NCBI RefSeq assembly: GCF_009834535.1
Contig: NC_045697.1
Coordinates: 47,370,001 to 47,434,000 of the forward strand
Direction: 5' to 3'
DNA length: 64,000 bases
Source of the DNA: Camelus ferus
Lineage: Eukaryota
Made by a program: the position numbers and the translations under genes. The notes below the pieces were generated by a model. It was not told where the DNA came from and ran no database searches. It saw only the letters and a program-made list of their open reading frames with translations. Positions 25,681 through 37,998 of this stretch are shown here, in pieces (within the stretch, counting starts at the first letter, position 1; each line of letters starts with the position of its first letter).

Positions 25681-26287
25681 TGTGGTGGGCAGAACCATGG
25701 CTCCCAACTACAATGCCCACACCATGACCCTTGGACCCCCATGAATGTGTTATGTTATATGACTAAAGGGACTTTGCAGATGTAACTAAAGGTCCCAAAC
25801 CTTAAAACAAGGACATTGTCCTGGATGGGTGGGCTCAAACTAATCATGTGAGATATAACAGTAGCAAACTATCTCCAGCTGGAGAAAGTAGAGGAATGTG
25901 GAGGAGAGATGCCCCAGGAGGGTGAGCTGTAGAGGCTGCAAGTTCGAGAAGGATTCCAGGCACCATCGCTGTTCTGAGATGTCAGGAGCCATGTACAAGG
26001 ACTGGCAGAGGTCTTGAGGAGATAAGGACAACCCTGCCGACAGCCAGCAAGGGACCCAGTCTCACAACTGAAAGGAACTCAATTTTGCCAATAACCAAAA
26101 CAAGCTCAGAGGTGGATTCCTCCCAAAGTCTCTAGAAAGGACCATAGCCCTGCCAACTCCTTGATCTTAGTGCCATGAGAAGCACTTGGGCTCTAACACA
26201 TAGAACTGTGTGGAGATACTACATGGGTGTTGTCTTCAGCTGCTAGGTCTGTGGGAATTGCTCATGGAGGCAGCAGGAAACGAACAC
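25681..26287 (+). mobile_element. MLT1-family (MaLR) solo LTR
   Basis: TGTGGTGGGCAGAA...AGGGACTTTGCAGATGTAA...CAGCCAGCAAG...GCAGCAGGAAACGAACACA. Confidence 0.8.
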
Positions 26288-26819
26288 ACACTCTCACACT
26301 CTCCTGGCTCTCCTGGCTCTTCAGAAATGTGCCGTGACTTTGAAGGTGTCCCTGGAGAGCTTGACCAACTCACTGGATGTCGACTTACTAATGGACGAAG
26401 GCAAGAAGGAGACTCTTTTTTTTTTTTTTTTAACGCCAGCATTTTGAAGAGTTGCATTTTTTTCATCTGACTCTACTAGATATCCAAGACAGTAGTAGGA
26501 ACTTCAGACCTGGAAAGGGCGTGTCAGCCCACTGGCCAGTGACAAGGAATAATTTGGGACCAAGCAAAGCATCATAGCAGCACATCTCCCACTGTCACCA
26601 CACATGCCAAGGGCTGCTCACATCTCCATGTGAGTTACTCTTTAAGGCTCTCTGCCCCTCACTTATGAAATATAATATCTTTTCATCAGTATAAAAAAAT
26701 CAGAGCACAGAAGGTGATGCATTGAAAATAAAAGTGCTCCTGCTCACAGTTCCCTCTTTCCAGAAAATTTTCATGTAATACCGTCTTTGTGTATATATTT
26801 TTCCTTTTCTTTTTTCTTT

Positions 26820-27900
26820 CTTTTAAACGGAATCACAATGTACATACTATTCTGAAACTTGATTTTTTTTGATTAATATATCTTTGGGCATTTTTTATAT
26901 CGATATATAGAGAGCTGATCCATTCTTTCCTTTTTTTAAAATGATGATATAAAATGGCTGTAAGTTACAACTGAGTAATTTCATACCCCATGGATGGCTA
27001 TTTATGCTATGTGTACATTTTCATTAACACAAATGAATGTCCTAAGGCCTATATTGTTTCAACCTTACGCAAGTATACCTATTTGATAAATACCCAGAAG
27101 TGGAATCACTAGGTTACAGGGGGTGTGTGTTTAAACACCGATAGGTATTGCCAAAATGCCATCCTGAAGACTGCCACGCTGACTCTCCCACAAACAGGTG
27201 TGAGCATGCCTGCTTTGTCCACATCTTCTGTAACACTGGTCTCCTTACAATTTTTTCACCTTTACCAATACTTAGGTAGAAATGGATTCTCATTGTGATA
27301 TTTACATTTCTTTACTTCTCATGTTTGTTGGACATTTATCATTCTTTTCATATCCTAGTCATGTCCCTTATAAACTTTTCCATACTGAGTTCATTTTTCT
27401 CATTGATTTATTTGTTATTTTTATGCTAAAGAAATGAGTCTTTTGTCAAATGTGCTGCAAATATTTTTCCCCTATGGGTCATCAGTATTGTTTGCCATCA
27501 TGAATTATAAATTTGTATATAGTTAAATAGATCGATATTTTTCTTTTAGGCTCTTGGTATGTATCATGGTTGTACCTGCCTTCCCTACTCCAAGATTATT
27601 TTTTAAATTCACCCATATTTTAACTCTTTCATTTCAGTATTTTCTCCATCTGTAATTTTAGTTCAATGTAAGAAAGGAGAAGGAATACAAATTTACTTTT
27701 TCCCCCAAATGGCTAGAAGTTTTCCTAACATCATTTATTGAATATGTCACTGTCTCCTCTTTGATATGAAATGTTATCTTTTTCATATAATAAATTCCCA
27801 AATCACATACTCAATTTATTCTGTTATTGACCCCTATGCTTTGGTGTCAGTACAAATTATTTTAACTATGTATTTTTATTAATACATTTAATATGTTCTT
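26820..27900 (-). mobile_element. Old L1 (L1ME-like)
   Basis: T-rich decayed L1 (GATAAATACCCAGAAGTGGAATCACTAGGT, TGCTGCAAATATTTTTCCC, CCTTCCCTACTCCAAGATTAT). Confidence 0.7.
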
Positions 27901-28047
27901 ATTTTTAGACATCCTCCAGTGGGCATGTTAATTTCTTCACATGACCCTTTTATCAACTTTCAAAGTTTCTTCTTAATATTTTGACTTTTTGTATTTTGAT
28001 TTGACTCAGATAACTTACTGTGTTATGAAGGCTTAGTTTTTACTTAC

Positions 28048-28062
28048 CCAGATAGATGCCAT
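28048..28062 (-). CDS. ANXA3: Annexin A3 start, MASIW (coding part of exon 2)
   Basis: AGCATGG Kozak context (A at -3, G at +4). ATG GCA TCT ATC TGG is followed by donor GTAAGT and joins exon 3 in frame to give MASIWVGHRG. Confidence 0.96.
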
Positions 28063-28100
28063 GCTATCCCACCTTTGTCTTGAGTTGAGATCACACTAGC
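28063..28100 (-). other. ANXA3: 5'UTR part of ANXA3 exon 2 (exon 28048-28100, 53 nt)
   Basis: Acceptor TTTTCCTTTAATAG at 28102-28101; no upstream ATG in the 38-nt UTR part. Confidence 0.88.
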
Positions 28101-29313
28101 CTATTAAAGGAAAATAGAAGTACTGAATGGTATAAATCTGAGATTCAGAACACCATAATCTCAGGCTAACCTTTAATCTCTAAGCCAGTAGACAGAAGTC
28201 AAGATTCAAAGAGAAACCATCTCAGGAAGAGGATGTATCTCCATCTGGTAAACAAACATTTACTGAGCACCTACTGTCTACAACGGACCGTGCTAGACCT
28301 GTGAAAGGCCCAAAATAAGATAGAAAAAATAAATTTCTGTACTTAAAGAGGTTTGCAAAGGTTTCCTGGAAAGCTAATTTTTGACTCATTTAAAATCCAG
28401 AACTACATTGATTGCTGATTTCTTTTAACTACTGTCATAGGGAACAACCACAAAAACCTGTCCCTGTATTCAGTTTTTTTTTTTTTTTTTCAGTTTCATT
28501 CCTTGTGTTTGTGAAATCTCTGTTTACATTTTACAAGGCTCCAAGTCTACAGCCTGTTATAAATAGGCATGCGTGCTCTTTAAGGAAGGTCCAGTCCTCC
28601 ATGGAGCCTATAGGTGAAAAAGGGCAATCCTTTGATGGAGCCCTGACTGAGAACTCAGACACACTTTCCATATGTAAACATTATTTAAACATGCTGGCAA
28701 ATCTCCAGGGTTGACTTAGAAATAAAAGTTGCTCCTTCCCTTCCTGGGAACAAAATATTCTAAAAATTCAGTGTTCGTCCCAGAGCAAAGTTCAAAAGGA
28801 AATGACACTATTAGTCTCTGAAAATATTTAGCCTTAATTTTCTCAGACTCTCTGTAGGGGAGGGTAGTCGGCTCTCTAGTTACAGGGTCTAACACTACAT
28901 TCCCCTACATATACAGTGAATACTGTGTCATTATCATAACATTAGTTCTGGTTTTGCCTTTTAAAGCTAGACACAATTATTTGAGCCTCAGTTTCCTCAT
29001 CTGTAAAAAGGGGAGAGGAGAGCTGTTGCTGGCATTAAGTGAAATAATATGTATAATAATATCGGCTAAAGTTTTGACTTATTACTATGTTGCAGGTAAT
29101 ACGAAAAAATATTTTTTAAAAAAACACTATAAGGTCAATTCTGAAAGGCTAGAGATTTTTGTCATGCTTGTTCACTGGGGCATAGAAAGTACTAAAAAAT
29201 GCTTATTAAATTAATGAATGATTTAATAAAAGCCTCACAACAATCTAGGGGAGCTGTGTATCACTAATAACACCTCCACTTTGCATACGAAGCAGCTGGG
29301 GCACAGAGAGGTA

Positions 29314-29495
29314 CAGTTGGTCCAAAGGTATCCGCAGTTCCAAGTCCCTCCCCTCTAGCCCGCAGAGCCCAAATTCCGCGTATGCGCAAGTCCCTCACGT
29401 GAAATGGCGCGGTACAGTCGGTTCCCTGTACCCGCGGGCTCTGCATGCGGATTCTACCAGTCGCAGTTTGGCGCGGGGCTACGGAGGGCCAGCTG
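29314..29495 (+). mobile_element. TcMar-Tigger MITE (MER2/MER8-like) with TA TSD, inserted in a MIR
   Basis: TA-CAGTTGGTCC ... GGGCCAGCTG-TA termini; internal AAATTCCGCGTATGCGCAAGTCCCT..AAATGGCGC resembles MER2. Confidence 0.75.
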
Positions 29496-30499
29496 TATCT
29501 CTGTGCCACCCCTACTGAACCGAGTAAGTCACACTCCGAAGAAATGTATTTAACCCCCAAGCTTCTGCCTGACCCAAGTACCCGGCCTATACAATGTCAA
29601 AGCTGATGCTACGTATGGATCCAGTATAATTTGTAAATTACGAGTATTTATTACTGATTTAAGTTTTAAGAAGAGAAGAATTACTCTCAAGTGGAGGCCA
29701 AATGGCCTAACAACAGAACTTTAAACATCCTGTTTGTAAAGAGATTATAGAGTGCTTGCATCATTTCCTTTACTTCCTCCTTGTTCCCATTATTTCAGCA
29801 GGTGTCTCTACACAACCACACGGTTCTGAGAACAAAGTTCTGGTTTTCTTTACATCTTTGAGTTCCCTTTTTCGTCAGTCTTAAGTTTTCTGCCTTCATG
29901 AAAGCCAATGGCAGTATCTTCACAGAATAATGCTTTTATGAGTTACAATCTTCATGATGTTGATTTTTAATAAGTCTCCGCCCAGAGGGCAGAGTCTAGC
30001 TATCTGCGCAGAACACAAATCCTTGGAAAAAGACTTAGCCCGGGCGGCGTACCTTCTTATCAGCAGCCAGAGGGGCCTACTGCGACCCAGAACCTTCTAG
30101 ATCCTGTGAAAACCAGTTTCCTATATGTGGTCACTTGCTATCATGTACTCAGATCAACTATCTGCTGACTCAAATGCGAGGGGAATGATTCATGCCCAGT
30201 GAATCAGACTCTTGCAATCAAAGAAAAAGGTGAGTCCTTTCAAGGAAACGCCGACTTCTCCCAATGCCCAGTATCTAAATACACCTTTCTTCTACCTCCT
30301 AAAAGAATTAGACGAAATAAAAATAAACGGCCTCCGCGAAGAAGAGGACGTGCTCACAAGGATGGGTGGGGTTCCAAGTGCTCAGAATGGTGCTTGGAGC
30401 CAGCCCCTCCTAAGGCTCTGGGGACGGAAGACCATCCCGACTCCCCTCTCTTTCTATGTTCCCAAGACCCTGAGGGTTGGGGAGGCAAAGATAGCCAAC

Positions 30500-31130
30500 T
30501 GGACCCCTGCGCGGCTAGCTGTGAGGAAAAGCCAGGGGTCTAGGGCGCCGGGAACAGCTGGCTGTCAGCTTGCGCCCCTCCCTGACCAGAACTGGGTGAC
30601 ATCTCCAGGGCAGGCACTTCTGCTCCCCTGGGCCTCAGCTTCCTGGATTCTGAAAAGCGGGTCGTGGACTCCAAGCCCCAGGCGGGTGGGTGTGCGAGGT
30701 GGAAACCAGCCCGCTGCTGGCCCAGGGCTCCGCTGCGCTTGTGGGGGAACCAGCCGAAGCGCGCCGATAGCTCCAAGCGGCGGGGCAGCAGGCGCGGCCG
30801 GCGAGGCTCGGGGCGACGCGAGGGGAGGCTGAACTTACCTGGAGCGAGGCCTCGGGAACCCGCGGGCGGAAGAGCGGCCAGCGAGAGTGTGCGGTCCGGC
30901 CGCTGCTGCTCCGCGCTCGCTCCCGCCCGCCCTTGACCCGGACCGCACCCCTTCCTCCCGCCCCTCCTCCGGCCTCCCGGCTCCACCTGATCGCCCCCGG
31001 GGAGGACCAGAAAGGGGAAGCCGCGCCCTGCGGCCGCTGGGAATCCAGTCCTGCACACGCGCGCCCTCAGCCCTTCGCCTCTGCGGACTCTGGGGTCTGA
31101 ACTTTCCCGCCTCGTCTCCCATCGTCCTCA
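30500..31130. promoter_or_regulatory. ANXA3: CpG island / TATA-less promoter of ANXA3 with Sp1-type GC boxes (CCCGCCC near 30922-30932 and 30957-30964)
   Basis: Very high GC and CpG density relative to the flanks; surrounds the exon-1 donor. Confidence 0.9.
30839..30930 (-). other. ANXA3: ANXA3 non-coding exon 1 (5' end approximate)
   Basis: Consensus donor CAG|GTAAGT at 30839/30838 inside the CpG island. The TSS position is inferred only. Confidence 0.75.
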
Positions 31131-31189
31131 TCCCATTTCCTCGATTTTCACTTCTCCTTCACATATGAAGTTTTTCTTCAAACTTACTG

Positions 31190-31293
31190 CAGCCTAATCA
31201 CCTCCCGAAGACCTCCCTCCAAGTACTATTGCTCTAGGGATTAGGATTTCAACGGATTAATTCTGGGGGCACACAAACATTCAGATCATAGCA
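31190..31293 (-). mobile_element. MaLR LTR (MLT1A/MST-like) terminal fragment just upstream of the ANXA3 promoter
   Basis: GGGATTAGGATTTCAAC...GGGGGCACACAAACATTCAGATCATAGCA. Confidence 0.65.
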
Positions 31294-31339
31294 ACCAAGT
31301 TATAATAACTCCCACAGTCTCTCCTTAAAAACTTTGCTA

Positions 31340-31890
31340 TTAAAAATTTTAATTGTAAAGTATTTTAAAGATACCTAGAATAAATGATTATGTTATAATA
31401 TTTATACCTATGTATTTACCACCCAGCATTATCATATCTTAAACATTAGACTATATTCTTTCAGAATGTTTTCAAGACATTTAAAAAATTATATTGGTAC
31501 AGCTGATGTTCCTTTTGTGCCCTTTCTGATCCACTTCCCTCACTCTTTCTCCAAAGTTGATATGGTATTATTATTCTCATGTATGTTGTTTTTACTTGTT
31601 TCAAAAATATTGATATAGCCATCAAATTATATGATTCTGTTTAGCAGATTTTTAAACTTTAAATAAATGGTATCATGATGCATGTTCTGCCACTGGCTCT
31701 TCGTGGTCAATGCTAGCTGCTCTGATAGCTACCATTGTTCATTCCTTTTAACTGCTGTAGAGTATTCCATTTATGGTTCTATCATGGTTTACTCCTGCTG
31801 ATGGGTATTACATCATTTCAATATTTGCTACTTTGAATAATGTTGTGGTGAACATTATTATATATAACTTCTTGTTCACAGGTGTGTGTC
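31340..31890 (-). mobile_element. Old L1 (L1ME-like) 3' region
   Basis: AATAAATGGTATCAT...TTTTAACTGCTGTAGAGTATTCCAT...CTGATGGGTATTTA. Confidence 0.65.
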
Positions 31891-33969
31891 AGTGACATTA
31901 CAATCTGAAAATAAAATAAGGCAAAGAAGAGGGAAAACATTTGAATGAGTGGCTTAGGGAGTGATTGGTTACTAGGAGAAGATGTGAATAATCATGCAGA
32001 TTAGGTTACTTCAATGATTAGTTTTTAAATGGGGCTATACGCTGAAAATTTTCAGAAGGTTGGACAAAAGTATGGGTTAGCTACTGCCACCATAATGCTG
32101 TATAACAAACTACCCTCAAACACAGGGGCTTAAAACGAATCATTTATTCTTCCGGCTTGGCTGAGGTGGCTCTGTTTCACATGTCCATTCTGGTCCAATC
32201 TGAAGGGGCAATGACCACCTGGAGGAAGCTCTTCTCCTGGCAATGTCAGCATACAAGTACAGCCAACTACACAAGCACCTCTCAAGCCTTTGCTTGCATC
32301 ATGGCTGCCAGCATCCTATTGGCCAAAGCAGGTAACAAGACTGAGCCCAGAGGCAAAGGAGAGGAAAGTGTACTCTGTCCGTGGTGGATGAGGCAGGGAA
32401 GGGATAGTTCTGAGCAATAAACTTACCTATTTTAGCAGCCAACGGAGAGGTGTTGGGGAGGGGTTGGGAGCTCACAACATGGCCAAGCTCTGTCAAATGG
32501 AACAGGGGCAACTAGAGAAGCCCCCACATCCAATATTCAGGCCTGAGGACAGGCAGAAATGTTGAAGGTCTCAAGATCCCAGGAGAGATTTAGACTGGAC
32601 ATAAGAATTTCCTTGGGAAGAAAAAAACTCAACCAATAAACCAAAATATTATTTTGGTGCTTGGAACTACAGAATCATCAATAATTTAACTATCATTTTT
32701 TAAGCACCTACTATTCTTAATAGTTTGCACACATCCTCTTATTTAGTTTTCACCCCAACCAGATGAGGTAAGTCCTATTTTGTATTATTTTTAAGAGTTG
32801 CATAAATTGGACAGCCTGAGTGAGACCCTGGCTCAAGTTCACACAGCCAGTAAATCATGTAGTTGAGATTCAAACCAGGCAACTTGGCTCCAAAACACAT
32901 GGCTACAATGTACTGCTTATAAATCTACATATAATGCCAAAAGATTGACCCAAGGGGCCCCTGAGGAATGGGGAGGGGGTGGGGAGAGAAAGAACTGGCC
33001 AGCAATCTAGGTGAAACCATTCTTCTTTTAAGTTCAAAAGCTCTATAGTTATATATGTATTTTCTACCAGTTGAAACTGACATTATTCATGGCCCCCGTC
33101 AGCTCAGTAGACAGGGAAGACATATAGACTAAATGGGTGCACGTGTCGAGTGGGTCCCTTCTATTTCTGAAAGTAAATCTTTGAACAGAAGAGACAGTCT
33201 GCTGGTTCACATGCACAAAATGCAGCGTACTATTTACAGTTCTGTATTTTGTTTTTCCCTCTTCTCAATTACTTGATTGCTTTTTGATCAAAGCAGAGGT
33301 GTGGATTTACTTCAATCAAAATGTATCAGTAAATATTTATGGACTGCACGCTAGCTGTAGGGTACTGTGTTAAGTGTTATGGAACATTAAACAGAAATAA
33401 GAAGACAGTTTGGATATCAATGAGTTTAAAATCTAAATGGAGTTAAGACAAACTCATGCAAAACTGAAGTCAGTAATCTGTGATGCTTTGTAGTTTTTGT
33501 GTGTAATGTTAGATTCTGGGAAAATGACTTGAAACATTGCAGCTTTAGGAGAAAAGTCACACCAAGGAGACTGGGACAGTCAAAGAAGGAGGCAATGCAG
33601 TTTGAAGGCTTTGAACATTATCACTTGAATGAATCATCACTTGTTTAAAAATTTTTAAATTAGTGAGCCCCCCTATTTCTCAATGATGGCGTAAAGTTGT
33701 GCTACTTCCACTGCTGATATCCTGAGAAAAGCTTTTGTGAAAATATTAACTGGAAGAAAAAGATTAGGACTCATGAATCGTCGTTTAGAGGTTTGTAAAT
33801 TTTGATTTGGTTCATCTACTTTCAGTAACTTAACTGTCAGAATGCATTTTTTCCCCTAGTCTTTCAGCAGGATAATCCATGATGTCTTTGTAACCAATCC
33901 AGGTGCTGTTTTGACTCAGAGGAAAATCACCAAAGTGGACTGCTGTTTACAAGCCCAAGAGGCAAGAGC

Positions 33970-34102
33970 ATAGTCCTCAAAGCTGGGTCCCAGAACCTGG
34001 GAACCTACTGGAAATGCAAATTCTCTCAGACCCTACTGTAGACCTCCTGTTTAATAAGCTGTCTGGGTAATTCTGATGCACCCTAAAGTATGAGAACCAC
34101 TG
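33970..34102 (+). mobile_element. MER5A-like MITE
   Basis: GAAATGCAAATTCTC...GGTAATTCTGATGCACCCTAAAGTATGAGAACCACTG. Confidence 0.7.
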
Positions 34103-35169
34103 GTTTCAAAGGACATTCTTCCTTAAATAGAAGAAAAGCTACAATGGAGGAAGGAGAGAGGCGGGCTTGCTTGTAAAGCCAGTGTACCGGGAGCTCACCA
34201 GATTTCAAAATCTAAAGTGATGAGCTTTCTGCCAAGACAGAAGATAGGGTGTTCTGTACTATAATTCCTGACTCCCATTCAGAGACCATCACGATAAACT
34301 ATGAAGTCCCATCTCATTCTGGAAAGTTCTGGGATTAGCATGGGGGCAACTGGGTATGTATTAAGAACCTATTATTTATGCGAGACTCTGAGTAATGCAC
34401 TCGGCATGCATGGTCTTACTTCACATTTACAGACCAGCTTAAATTAGGCGTGATCACTTCTCTTTTTCAAATACCAGGACAGGCTCAGAGGGATTCAGCA
34501 ACGTCCACAAGTTGTGTCCCACACAACCAGGAAGAGACAGAGCTGAATTTATAGCCAGAAGGAAGTGAGTAACAGGTGGTGTTTACGTGTAAGATTTATA
34601 TCAATTGTTCCAGGTTCAGGGTTGAATCTCCTTGGTTTCAGGATGGCAACTCTAAAATAAAACGCTCTCTAACCTTTTTTTTTTTTTTTTTTTTGAGTTT
34701 TTCTAGTTGTAACAACTGCCCAGTTACCACCTTTTAGGCTAAAATCACGCTATAGCATAATTATAAAATTAATATTTTCCCTCAAAGGATAAATCTCAGA
34801 AGTAAATGTTAGATGATAAAATTATGATAATGATAAATGTTAGGATCCCAGAAACCAGGTTTATAGTAATCCAGAAAAAAAAATCCAGAAAAGATTACTT
34901 GATGAAACTTTCACCATTCTGAATACACAGAACTACTTTAGTTTTATAAGAAGCTAATTTTCCTGTATCACCTTTTTTCTCTGCTAAACAGAAGAATCTG
35001 AGAGCCAAATATAAGATTTTAGAGAGAAATTATTGAGATATATTTTAATTTAAAAAAATTTTTAAAGTTGAGGTATAGTTGATTTACAATGTTGTGTTAA
35101 GTTCTGATGTACAGCAAAGTGAAAATATGCTTAACTCCCTTTAGAAGTTGTTTATATATATGTGTGTGT

Positions 35170-35188
<19 letters not shown>

Positions 35189-35203
<15 letters not shown>

Positions 35204-35277
35204 ATGGAGGTACTGGGGATTGAACCTAGGACCTGGTGCATGCTAAGCATGCACTCTACCACTGAGCTATATCCACC
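35189..35277 (-). mobile_element. tRNA-Ala(AGC)-derived SINE (camelid Vic-1-like) with poly(A) tail and adjoining (TA)n
   Basis: Minus strand reads GGTGGATATAGCTCAGTGGTAGAGTGCATGCTTAGCATGCACCAGGTCCTAGGTTCAATCCCCAGTACCTCCA-TAAAA..., with A and B boxes, an encoded CCA and an A tail. Confidence 0.85.
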
Positions 35278-35373
35278 ACCATAGTATGTTTTAAAAATAT
35301 GGTAAAATGTGAGGGCAAAACTAAAAAATGCAGATTCAGTTGACCAAGTGGTTGTGGAGTATGTTTGCTCTTA

Positions 35374-35768
35374 CGGTGGTGTGCTCAGCCGGGCTGGCAT
35401 GAGAGAGCCAATTGCTAAATTTTTAGGAGTTTTGCAAGCAAACACAGCCATTATTAAAAATTATATTAAATAAACACAACTGAATATGTTAAAAACAAAG
35501 GTACTCAAGCTTTCTAATTTATTTACTACCTTTTACTATTATTGATGCTCTTGAGCTTATTTACGTCTATTTTATCTGTGTGGAAGAAATGCTATATGAA
35601 CTTCCATTCCTGTGTATCTCTTCCTATCTTCACGTTCAGTGAAATTATGTTGGTAGGTTAAATTCAGCTATGGTAGGGTACATTCAACATAAAAGCCAGC
35701 AAATGCTTCGAATCAGGCCTTCCTGGACTCCAAAAGCTGGTTGTGAAACATTTATCAGCATGTCACTG
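35374..35768 (+). mobile_element. MER63-like (hAT-Blackjack) element
   Basis: CGGTGGTGTGCT...GAGAGCCAATTGCTAAATTTT...AAACACAGCCATTATTAAAAATT...CAGCATGTCACTG. Confidence 0.75.
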
Positions 35769-37954
35769 ATTATAATAATGGGCAAATTTAAAATTAAGAC
35801 ATGATTGAGTTCAAGTGATTAACTACTTGTGGCTTTTATTAGGAAACTGTAACTGAAGGCAATGAATTTAAGGACTGCGTAAGGGTTCTGGCAGAAGAGA
35901 AACAGTGTATTTAAAAAGGTTTGATAAAGGGCTTAAAAAAGGGACAGTTCACGGAAGTGTGGGCAGGATTAAGTTAAAGGAATCCACAAGTGGGATGAAG
36001 CCCTGAGGACTAGGGACAGGATGAAAGCATTGTGACCTCTAGGTCTGCATGGGCGAAGGAGGGACCGTGTGACCAGAGCCTTCAAAGACAGGACCGGTGG
36101 CCCGGGAGGGATGCAGGCAGCACCAGAACCACAGCAAGGCAGTGGGGAGGCAGAGACACACCTCAGCTTCTCTCCCCTCAGTGTCTTGGGATCCTGCCAA
36201 ACTCAGCCAGAAGCCAAGGGGCAAGGCAGCCTTGGAGAGGCCGTTTCCTGGAGCAGAGACTTGGTGTGGAGACAAACAGCACAGGGGCTTTTGTGAGTTA
36301 CTAGTGTGGAGCATTGATTTATTTCGGAAATAGGCCTTTAGTGGGAATGTTGAAGGCAGAGATTGTGAAACTTTTTTTTTTTTTTAAACTTATAAAACTC
36401 TCCCAAAGTCTGGGATTTTAATAACTTTTTATAACTTACTGGTCTTGGAGCTTGGTAGCCTTAAACCAAAATGAGCGTGGGGATAAAATACTGCTAGTTT
36501 TTTGAGAGAGAGTTGCAGCTTGGGTCTATTTGGTTTTATCAAGCCAGTGACTGAATGTTTCGTGACAAACATTAGATCTGAGTTATAGGAACTTTGGACC
36601 ATTTTTAAGCAACACCAATTTGTGCAAAGACTTAAAATTCTGGGATTCATATGGAGCTTTAAAAGAAATTCATATGGAATTTTCAATGAAAATTATCCAG
36701 GACAGTGACTGATGACTATTTCATGGGGTTGTTACCAGGACTGAAAGAGGCAGAGAAGGTGAAGGAGTCATTGCTCTGAGTTGGCAGATGTGCCCAACAT
36801 GGTACTGATATTGTTCCTAGAATGTTACCTGGGCCACTAGCTACTCTCAGTACGCCCTTGAAAGGGTGCCTGGCTGGAGTTCTCTCAGGCTGGAGACAGA
36901 ACCTTTACCACACATGGCATCTTAGTATTAGGTTGAGAGGTGTAAACTAATGATATTGGACTACTTTTAACTTACAAAATTAGCAATTTCAGGGGGTTGA
37001 ATCTAGTAAGATATTCTCAACCGTCTCCCCAACCTACTCTCATTCTGTTTCCTCAAAACCCTAGTCTGTCAGACATTGCAAAATCTACATGAGAACTCAT
37101 TTTCTGCCACTTACCCTCAGGTTTCCTAAATTTTATGGCCATGAAATTTCAGGTCTCAGAAACATTTTTATAGCCAGTTCAATTCATAGATTGGTTCCTG
37201 ATACAGCTTCTCCATGGGCCCAAGAGAAACGCTCTCCAGGGCTTAGAGCCGGCTGTTAGGCAAAGGACAATCATAGGAAATTATGAGGATGTAACATTTA
37301 CAGGAAGCCTATGAAAGCATGTAAGGAAATTCCAGACTTGGTTGTGGCATCTTTTCCCTGGATTCATGAAAACAGACTTTCCCATGTCTTGCTGAGTTTG
37401 CAAATGTGCCATCAAAAGGTGCCAAAAGAGCCCCACTGGTCACCGTCACTTGTTTCCCAGAGGGGACAGGCATACAAATGCCCAGGCTTGCAGAATGTCT
37501 GGGCTCAGTTTCATTCCGACTCTGCCATTTTTCCTTCACAAGCCAATAAATTCTTATTTGGAGCTTTGGTTATCTCCAGGGTGAGTTATGGACACTTAAG
37601 AAATCCTTGCATCTGCATAAAAGGATGCAGCCATGTTCACACTGTATCAAGTGTCCTGAGAAGGTGTGATAATCAATATAGTGAAAATAATCATCTTACT
37701 GTATTACACACAGAGATTTTAATTATTCCTCTTTGTCCTAGGGTTTCAATGGACTGCAAAAGAAGAACTATGATAATTTGGGCATAGGTAATTTATTCTT
37801 CATCTTGATCTTAGCACAGTTAGTGAGTGTCTCAGATTAACCCCTTCAAAGAGGTTTTCTCCAAAAAAACTTTCTCAAATTTTGGAAGGATTTTGCCATC
37901 TCCATGGTACTGTCTCATGTTAATGAGAAAAAGAATCTAATGAGATGGACATAG

Positions 37955-37998
37955 CCAAAAAACACAACCAGACTGTCATTAATTAATACAAATTTATA
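37955..37998 (-). terminator. FRAS1: Probable FRAS1 distal poly(A) site: TATAAA (37998-37993), CA at 37975-37974, GU/U-rich downstream element GGTTGTGTTTTTTGG (37969-37955)
   Basis: Hexamer, cleavage site and downstream element are correctly spaced; TGTA elements lie nearby. The hexamer is non-canonical. Confidence 0.55.

Noticed and set aside
30212..31168. Several long ORFs (206, 172, 98 and 93 aa)
   Set aside because: They overlap the CpG island, where stop codons are rare. They are G/A/R/P-rich, lie on both strands and show no recognisable domain.
35205..35277. Functional tRNA-Ala gene
   Set aside because: Acceptor- and T-stem mismatches, a genomically encoded CCA and a poly(A) tail indicate a SINE.
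37311..37787. 158-aa intergenic ORF
   Set aside because: No recognisable family; composition looks like translated non-coding DNA.
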